DNA from: an uncultured Candidatus Saccharibacteria bacterium
Lineage (GTDB): Bacteria; Patescibacteriota; Saccharimonadia; Saccharimonadales; Saccharimonadaceae
NCBI GenBank assembly: GCA_937873745.1
Contig: CALMYZ010000047.1
Location: 1-48,033, forward strand
Length of the DNA stretch: 48,033 nucleotides
Direction of reading: 5' to 3'
The notes beneath the pieces were generated by a model, which did no database searches, was not told the DNA's origin, and saw only the letters and a list, made by a program, of their open reading frames with translations. Of the stretch, positions 42,993 through 48,033 are shown piece by piece; position 1 is the stretch's first letter; every line of letters starts with the position of its first letter. The position numbers were made by a program, and so were the translations under genes.

Positions 42993-44279
42993 ATGAAAAC
43001 ATCTGTAAAAAATCTATCCGACACACGTGTCGAGCTAACTATCAAGCTCGGCAAAGAAGAGCTCGCGGCAGCCGAACAGGTTGCCCTAACCAAGCTCGCC
43101 AAAAACATCAAAGTACCAGGCTTTCGCGCCGGCAAAGTCCCAGCTAGCGTAGCCGCTAAGCACGTTGAGTCTGGCAGTCTAGCGCAGCAAAGCCTAGAGG
43201 ACGCCGTTTCCAGGGCTGTGGCTGAGGCATTTATCGCCGAAGATATCCAGGCACTAGAGCGTCCAGCTGTCGATATCAAGAAATTTGTTCCGTCTAGCGA
43301 GGTAGAGTTTACAGCCGAAGCCGACATCTTGCCAAAGATCAAGCTCGGTGACTATAAGAAGCTCGGCGTTAAGCAAGAATCCGCAAAGGTAAGCACCGCT
43401 GAAGTAACCGATATCATCGATCGTATGTTAGAAGGCAGCGCCGAGAAGGTAGCTGTCGAGCGTGCGGCCAAAGACGGCGACGAAGTGGTTATCGACTTTG
43501 TTGGCAAAAAAGACGACGTCGCTTTTGACGGCGGGGCAGCCCAAGATCACAGCCTCAAGCTAGGTAGTAATAGCTTCATCCCTGGCTTCGAAGAGGGAAT
43601 TGTCGGCAAAAAAGCCGGCGATAAGTTTGATCTCAAGCTGAAGTTTCCAAAAGATTATCACGCCGACGAACTAGCCGGTGCTGACGTGGTGTTCGAGACT
43701 ACTCTCAAGGCCGTCAAAGAGTCAAAGCAGCCAAAGCTTGACGATGACTTCGCCAAGAAAGTCGGTCAAGGTGTCGAAACTGTCGCCGAACTAAAAGCCG
43801 ATATCAAGAAAGAGCTTCAGGCTCAAAAAGACCGCGAGTCAGCTGAAAAGCACAAAGACAATCTAGTAGCAGCCCTAGTAGACACCAGCAAGGTACCGGC
43901 TCCACAAGTACTGGTCGACGATCAGGCTCGAAGCATCGAGCAAGATATGCGCCAAAATCTTATGTATCAGGGTATCACGCTAGAGCAATATATCAAGACT
44001 CAGAAATTCAAAGACGAAGCCGATTGGCAGAAAAAAGAAGTTGCGCCGGCTGCCGAGAAGCGTGTCAAGGCAGGCTTGGTCTTGGCTGAGCTTAGCAAAG
44101 AGCTCAAGGCAGAGGCTAGCGCCGATGAACTAGCTGAGCATATAAACCTATATCGTCAGCAATACGCCAACAATCCAGACGCGCTCAAACAATTCGAGCA
44201 GCCAGAAGTACAGCGCGACATCGCCAATCGCTTACTGACCGAAAAGACAGTCGATAAGCTCGTCGAGCTAAATAAATAG
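42993..44279 (+). CDS. tig: Trigger factor
   Basis: N-terminal ribosome-binding block PGFRAGKVP, FKBP-type PPIase domain (FIPGFEEGIVGKKAGD), and a C-terminal helical domain. Followed by clpP, as in most bacteria. Confidence 0.93.
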   Translation: MKTSVKNLSDTRVELTIKLGKEELAAAEQVALTKLAKNIKVPGFRAGKVPASVAAKHVESGSLAQQSLEDAVSRAVAEAFIAEDIQALERPAVDIKKFVPSSEVEFTAEADILPKIKLGDYKKLGVKQESAKVSTAEVTDIIDRMLEGSAEKVAVERAAKDGDEVVIDFVGKKDDVAFDGGAAQDHSLKLGSNSFIPGFEEGIVGKKAGDKFDLKLKFPKDYHADELAGADVVFETTLKAVKESKQPKLDDDFAKKVGQGVETVAELKADIKKELQAQKDRESAEKHKDNLVAALVDTSKVPAPQVLVDDQARSIEQDMRQNLMYQGITLEQYIKTQKFKDEADWQKKEVAPAAEKRVKAGLVLAELSKELKAEASADELAEHINLYRQQYANNPDALKQFEQPEVQRDIANRLLTEKTVDKLVELNK

Positions 44280-44298
44280 ACTTGAGGTTTACGCCAGG

Positions 44299-44325
44299 CT
44301 AGCACTCTATTTACACGAGTGCTAG
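44299..44325. promoter_or_regulatory. Second CIRCE-type inverted repeat CTAGCACTC-N9-GAGTGCTAG, doubling as the tig terminator
   Basis: The arms are identical to the copy at 22567-22593. The 9-nt spacer is TATTTACAC, followed by a T5 run. Confidence 0.8.
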
Positions 44326-44339
44326 TTTTTGTGTATAAT
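44310..44339 (+). promoter_or_regulatory. clpP promoter TTTACA-N18-TATAAT (-35 inside the CIRCE spacer)
   Basis: TTTACA 44310-44315 and TATAAT 44334-44339. The ATG at 44346 lies only 6 nt downstream of the -10 and has no SD. Confidence 0.55.
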
Positions 44340-44345
44340 GAAAGC

Positions 44346-44942
44346 ATGACAAAGCCATCGAACTATCTAGTACCGACAGTTATCGAGAAGACTCACGACG
44401 GCGAGCGCGCCTTCGATATCTATTCTCGCCTGCTAAACGAACGCATCATCTTCTTGGGCGAAGACGTCAATGAACACACGGCCAATATAGTAGTAGCTCA
44501 GTTGCTTCATCTGGCATACGAAGATTCGAGTAAAGACATCAAGCTCTATATCAATAGCCCTGGCGGTAGCGTCTACGACGGCCTGGCTATCTACGACACT
44601 ATCCAGTATATCAAGCCAGATGTGCAGACTATCGGTATCGGCTTGCAAGCTAGCATGGGAGCCTTCTTGCTCAGTAGTGGCACCAAGGGTAAGCGCTTCG
44701 CTCTGCCAAATAGCCGGATTATGATCCATCAGCCATCGAGCGGTACTCACGGTAAGATTACTGATCAAGAGATTACGCTCAAAGAGGGGATTTACCTCAA
44801 ACAGCAACTCAACAAAATCCTGGCTAGCAACACCGGTCAAAAGATTTCTAAGATTGAAAAAGACGCCGATCGTGACTTCTGGATGAGTGCCGATGAGGCC
44901 AAAGATTACGGACTGATCGACGCAGTTATCACCAAAGCCTAA
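44346..44942 (+). CDS. clpP: ATP-dependent Clp protease proteolytic subunit ClpP
   Basis: [38 protein letters not shown] is a typical N-terminus. Catalytic Ser (GLQASMGAF), His (MIHQP) and Asp are present. The track start at 44319 falls inside the CIRCE stem and was rejected. Confidence 0.95.
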   Translation: MTKPSNYLVPTVIEKTHDGERAFDIYSRLLNERIIFLGEDVNEHTANIVVAQLLHLAYEDSSKDIKLYINSPGGSVYDGLAIYDTIQYIKPDVQTIGIGLQASMGAFLLSSGTKGKRFALPNSRIMIHQPSSGTHGKITDQEITLKEGIYLKQQLNKILASNTGQKISKIEKDADRDFWMSADEAKDYGLIDAVITKA

Positions 44943-44960
44943 TCAAAACTCGCAAAACAC

Positions 44961-44989
44961 TTGACTATTTGCCTAGAAACCTCCACAAT
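44961..44989 (+). promoter_or_regulatory. Candidate rpoB promoter TTGACT-N17-CACAAT
   Basis: TTGACT 44961-44966, 17-nt spacer, CACAAT 44984-44989. This gives a leader of about 130 nt with hairpins (GTCCGT...ACGGAC, palindrome TCGGCGCCGA) before the GAGGAG SD. Confidence 0.4.
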
Positions 44990-45122
44990 GGATAACTAGA
45001 AGTAGTGTAGCTGTGGTTACCTATGTCCGTGAAGTGTGGCAGCATAACGGACTGATCACTAGCTTGGGAATCTTCGGCGCCGATTACCCAACAACAATTT
45101 AAATGCGAGGAGTGTTATACAC

Positions 45123-48033
45123 GTGGCAAAAACTAAGCCTACCGAGCAGACAAAGCGTGTCTTTTTTACCAAAGACGATACCGCTCTGCCTGTTCCAGAT
45201 CTCATCGCTCACCAGCACAATTCATGGCGTGAATTCGTCGATACTGGTTTGAGTGAAATATTTTCAGAACTAAATCCAATCGAAGACTATACCGGTCAAA
45301 AGCTCGAATTGCGATTCAAAGAGTATAGATTTGATGAACCAAAAAACAGCGAATCTTATGCCAAAGAAAATAACCTGACATTTGATGCTCCGCTACACGC
45401 CAACGTCGAGTTGACCAACAAAGTCACAGGTGAGGTCAAAGAGCAAGAAATTTACCTCGGTGATTATCCTTGGATGACTGAGCGTGGCTCTTTCATCGTC
45501 AACGGTACTGAGCGTATCGTTATCTCTCAGCTGATCCGTTCGGCTGGTGTGTTCTTCACTGCCGACAGCGTAGCTGGTCGCAATTACTACGGTGCCAAGC
45601 TCATCCCGGGCCGCGGTGCTTGGCTAGAGTTCGAGACCGCTTCAAACGGCGCAATCTACGTCAAGATCGATCGTCGCCGCAAGCTACCAGTCACTACGCT
45701 TATCCGTGCACTGGGCCACAGCAAGACTAGCGAAGTTCGCAGCTTGTTCGAGGATGTCGATACCGGTGACGTCAAATATATCGAAGCTACACTAGAAAAA
45801 GACACCACTCGTGGTTCAAACGAAGCCCTCATCGAGGTTTATCGCCGCCTACGACCAGGTGACTTGGCGACTGTCGAAAACGCTCGTACTATGATCGAGC
45901 GCATGTTCTTTGATTTCAAGCGCTTCGACTATAGCCGAGTTGGTCGCTACAAGCTCAATCAACGACTAGGTATGGACGTACTCAACACTGCCGAAAACCG
46001 CGTCTTCCAGATGAATGACCTAGTGGCTATCGTGCGTGAGTTGATCCGCCTAAACAATACCCAAGACGCACCAGATGATATTGACGCTCTGTCGAATCGC
46101 CGCGTCAAGCTAGTTGGTGAGCTCGTCGGTCGTCAATTCCGCGTCGGTATGCTCCGCATGCAGCGCAACGCCATGGATCGCATGTCTATGTCAGATCTAG
46201 AGACTGTCACACCTAGCCAGCTTATAAATGCTCGCCCAGTGGTAGCAGCAGTCCGTGAATTCTTCGCGAGCTCACAGCTTTCGCAGTTGATGGACGAGGT
46301 TAACCCACTATCTGAGCTTTCACACAAGCGACGCCTTAGCTCGATGGGCCCTGGTGGCTTGTCACGTGAGCGTGCTGGCTTCGATGTGCGCGACGCTCAC
46401 CCGACTCACTACGGTCGACTATGTTCAGTTGAGACACCAGAAGGTGCCAACATCGGACTCGTACTAAACCTCGCGACATATGCTCGTATCAACGAATACG
46501 GCTTTATCGAAACTCCTTATCTCAAGGTAAAAGACGGCAAGGTGACCGACGAAGTAGTCTACATGGACGCTTCGCAGGAAGCTGTCGAAGTTATCGCCGA
46601 CGCTGGTGCCGAGCTAGACAAAGACGGCCGTTTCGTCGCCGAGCGTGTATCTGCCCGCAATGAGCTCCTGCCAGAGCAAGTTGATGTCAGCGATGTTACC
46701 TATATGGACGCCGCCAACAAGCAGATTCTTGGTTCGACCGCCTCATTGGTTCCATTTATCGAGAAAAACCGTATCGACCGTTCATTGACCGGCTCAAACA
46801 TGCAAAAGCAGGCCGTACCACTACTAGACCCACAGGCTCCTGTGGTCGGTACTGGTATCGAAGCCGAGGTCGCTCGCAACACCAGCCAGTTGATTACAGC
46901 CGAAGCCGATGGTGAAGTTGTTCGTGCCGATGGTGACGAAGTTCACGTCAAGTACAAAGACGGCGTCAAGAAGTACGAGCTAGTCCACTTCGCTAAGTCA
47001 AATGACGACCGCTCAATCAACCAAAAGACTCGCGTCGAGCGTGGCCAAAAGGTCAAGCAGGGCGACATCTTGATCGAGGGTGCTTCTGTGGCTGACGGTG
47101 AGTTAGCGCTTGGTCGCGACCTGACTGTCGCCTTCATGCCATGGTCTGGTTACAACATGGACGACGCGATTGTCCTCAGTGACCGACTAGTCAAAGAAGA
47201 CGCTCTAACTAGCATCAATATCAAGGACTACACTGTAGAGGTTCGTGAAACCAAGCTCGGTGACGAGATTGTAACTCGTGATATTCCAAATGTCAGCGAA
47301 GAATCACTCCGCAACCTAGACGAGCAGGGTATCATCCAAGTTGGTGCTGAAGTCCGTGCGGGTGATGTTCTAGTCGGCAAGATTACTCCGAAGGGTGAGC
47401 AAGAGCTCAGCTCCGAAGAGCGACTACTACGCGCTATCTTCGGTGAAAAAGCCAAAGACGTCCGCGATACAAGCCTTCGCCTCAATCACGTTGGCGGCGG
47501 CAAAGTTGTCGGCGTCAAGGTCTTTAGCCGTGATAATGGTCATGAGCTCAAGTCTGGTGTTATCATGCAAGTTCAGATTTTCATCGCTCAGTTCCGCAAG
47601 ATTTCAGTTGGTGACAAGCTAGCTGGTCGTCATGGTAATAAGGGTGTCGTGGCTCGTATCTTGCCAGTCGAAGACATGCCATTTATGGAAGACGGTACAC
47701 CTATAGACGTCATCCTAAACCCACTCGGTGTCCCGAGCCGTATGAATATCGGTCAGCTGTTTGAGACTCACCTTGGTATGGCAGCGCGTGCGCTTGGCTA
47801 CAAGGTCGCAACTCCACCGTTCAATGGTATTTCAGACGAAGTAATCTCTGGTGAGCTAGAAAAAGCCGGCTTTGCTCGCGACGGCAAGAGCCAGCTATTT
47901 GACGGCCGCACCGGTGAAGCATTCGAAGAGCGCACTACTGTGGGTGTCATGCACATCATCAAGCTACACCACATGGTGAGCGACAAGATCCACGCTCGTT
48001 CGACTGGTCCATACACTATGGTTACCCAGCAGC
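45123..48033 (+). CDS. rpoB: DNA-directed RNA polymerase subunit beta, 5' partial (continues beyond the window)
   Basis: Hand translation from the GTG at 45123 gives VAKTKPTEQTKRVFF...PDLIAHQHNSWREF...GSFIVNGTERIVISQLIRSAGVFF. Near the end, GRHGNKGVVARILPVEDMPFMEDGTPIDVILNPLGVPSRMNIGQ is in the same frame. It is missing from the ORF track because no stop lies within the window. Confidence 0.95.
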   Translation, partial: MAKTKPTEQTKRVFFTKDDTALPVPDLIAHQHNSWREFVDTGLSEIFSELNPIEDYTGQKLELRFKEYRFDEPKNSESYAKENNLTFDAPLHANVELTNKVTGEVKEQEIYLGDYPWMTERGSFIVNGTERIVISQLIRSAGVFFTADSVAGRNYYGAKLIPGRGAWLEFETASNGAIYVKIDRRRKLPVTTLIRALGHSKTSEVRSLFEDVDTGDVKYIEATLEKDTTRGSNEALIEVYRRLRPGDLATVENARTMIERMFFDFKRFDYSRVGRYKLNQRLGMDVLNTAENRVFQMNDLVAIVRELIRLNNTQDAPDDIDALSNRRVKLVGELVGRQFRVGMLRMQRNAMDRMSMSDLETVTPSQLINARPVVAAVREFFASSQLSQLMDEVNPLSELSHKRRLSSMGPGGLSRERAGFDVRDAHPTHYGRLCSVETPEGANIGLVLNLATYARINEYGFIETPYLKVKDGKVTDEVVYMDASQEAVEVIADAGAELDKDGRFVAERVSARNELLPEQVDVSDVTYMDAANKQILGSTASLVPFIEKNRIDRSLTGSNMQKQAVPLLDPQAPVVGTGIEAEVARNTSQLITAEADGEVVRADGDEVHVKYKDGVKKYELVHFAKSNDDRSINQKTRVERGQKVKQGDILIEGASVADGELALGRDLTVAFMPWSGYNMDDAIVLSDRLVKEDALTSINIKDYTVEVRETKLGDEIVTRDIPNVSEESLRNLDEQGIIQVGAEVRAGDVLVGKITPKGEQELSSEERLLRAIFGEKAKDVRDTSLRLNHVGGGKVVGVKVFSRDNGHELKSGVIMQVQIFIAQFRKISVGDKLAGRHGNKGVVARILPVEDMPFMEDGTPIDVILNPLGVPSRMNIGQLFETHLGMAARALGYKVATPPFNGISDEVISGELEKAGFARDGKSQLFDGRTGEAFEERTTVGVMHIIKLHHMVSDKIHARSTGPYTMVTQQ

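Noticed and set aside
1-48033. Scan for CRISPR arrays, transposases/integrases, prophage blocks, toxin-antitoxin pairs or classic defence-island genes.
   Set aside because: No regularly spaced direct repeats and no recombinase, phage or known defence-protein signatures were seen. The stand-alone DUF1524 protein has a membrane anchor or signal sequence and lacks the DUF262 partner of GmrSD, so it looks like an extracellular nuclease rather than a restriction system.

Overview
This is a gene-dense chromosomal segment made up almost entirely of housekeeping genes. It has short intergenic regions and several overlapping gene ends. The standard genetic code applies, because TGA is used as a stop.

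Gene order along the window:
- DEAD-box helicase, then gatC-gatA-(small membrane protein)-gatB, a galU-like gene, and three small membrane/stress proteins
- dnaE, a minimal SpoU/TrmH methyltransferase, a PilB/GspE ATPase, and two tandem alpha/beta-hydrolase-like paralogs
- malic enzyme, rplS, an RNase HII-YraN fusion, and a type IV pilin with a large C-terminal domain
- aminopeptidase N, a DUF1524/HNH nuclease, nusA, clpC, a HExxH membrane protein, radA, and a PIN/TRAM (YacL-like) protein
- class A PBP, tyrS, phosphohexomutase, recG, a Zn-PLC-like protein, and rsmD
- tRNA-Leu(UAG), FAD-linked oxidase, and tRNA-Leu(CAG)
- FxLYD-like membrane protein, a second SpoU/TrmH methyltransferase, an ORFan, hisS, tig, and clpP
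- a 5'-partial rpoB that runs off the window end and is therefore missing from the ORF track

The reduced gene set, the type IV pilus parts, the compaction and the Firmicutes-like clpC-radA-yacL synteny fit a small-genome Patescibacteria/Saccharibacteria-like organism. That assignment is inference only. No CRISPR array, transposase, integrase or prophage genes were seen.

Most notable observations:
1. Near-consensus CIRCE (HrcA operator) inverted repeats sit at the clpC and clpP promoters. Each has the -35 box inside the 9-nt spacer and also serves as the upstream gene's terminator.
2. An unassigned RNA of about 100 nt is predicted to fold as a three-way junction. It is followed by an intrinsic terminator in the leader of the FxLYD-like gene.
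3. A membrane-anchored protein with a HEPN-like Rx4H motif is translationally coupled inside gatCAB.
4. Operon-leading genes show a pervasive leaderless-type architecture, with a -10 box 6-10 nt from the start codon and no SD.
5. RNase HII is fused to YraN, and a pilin is fused to a lectin-like domain.
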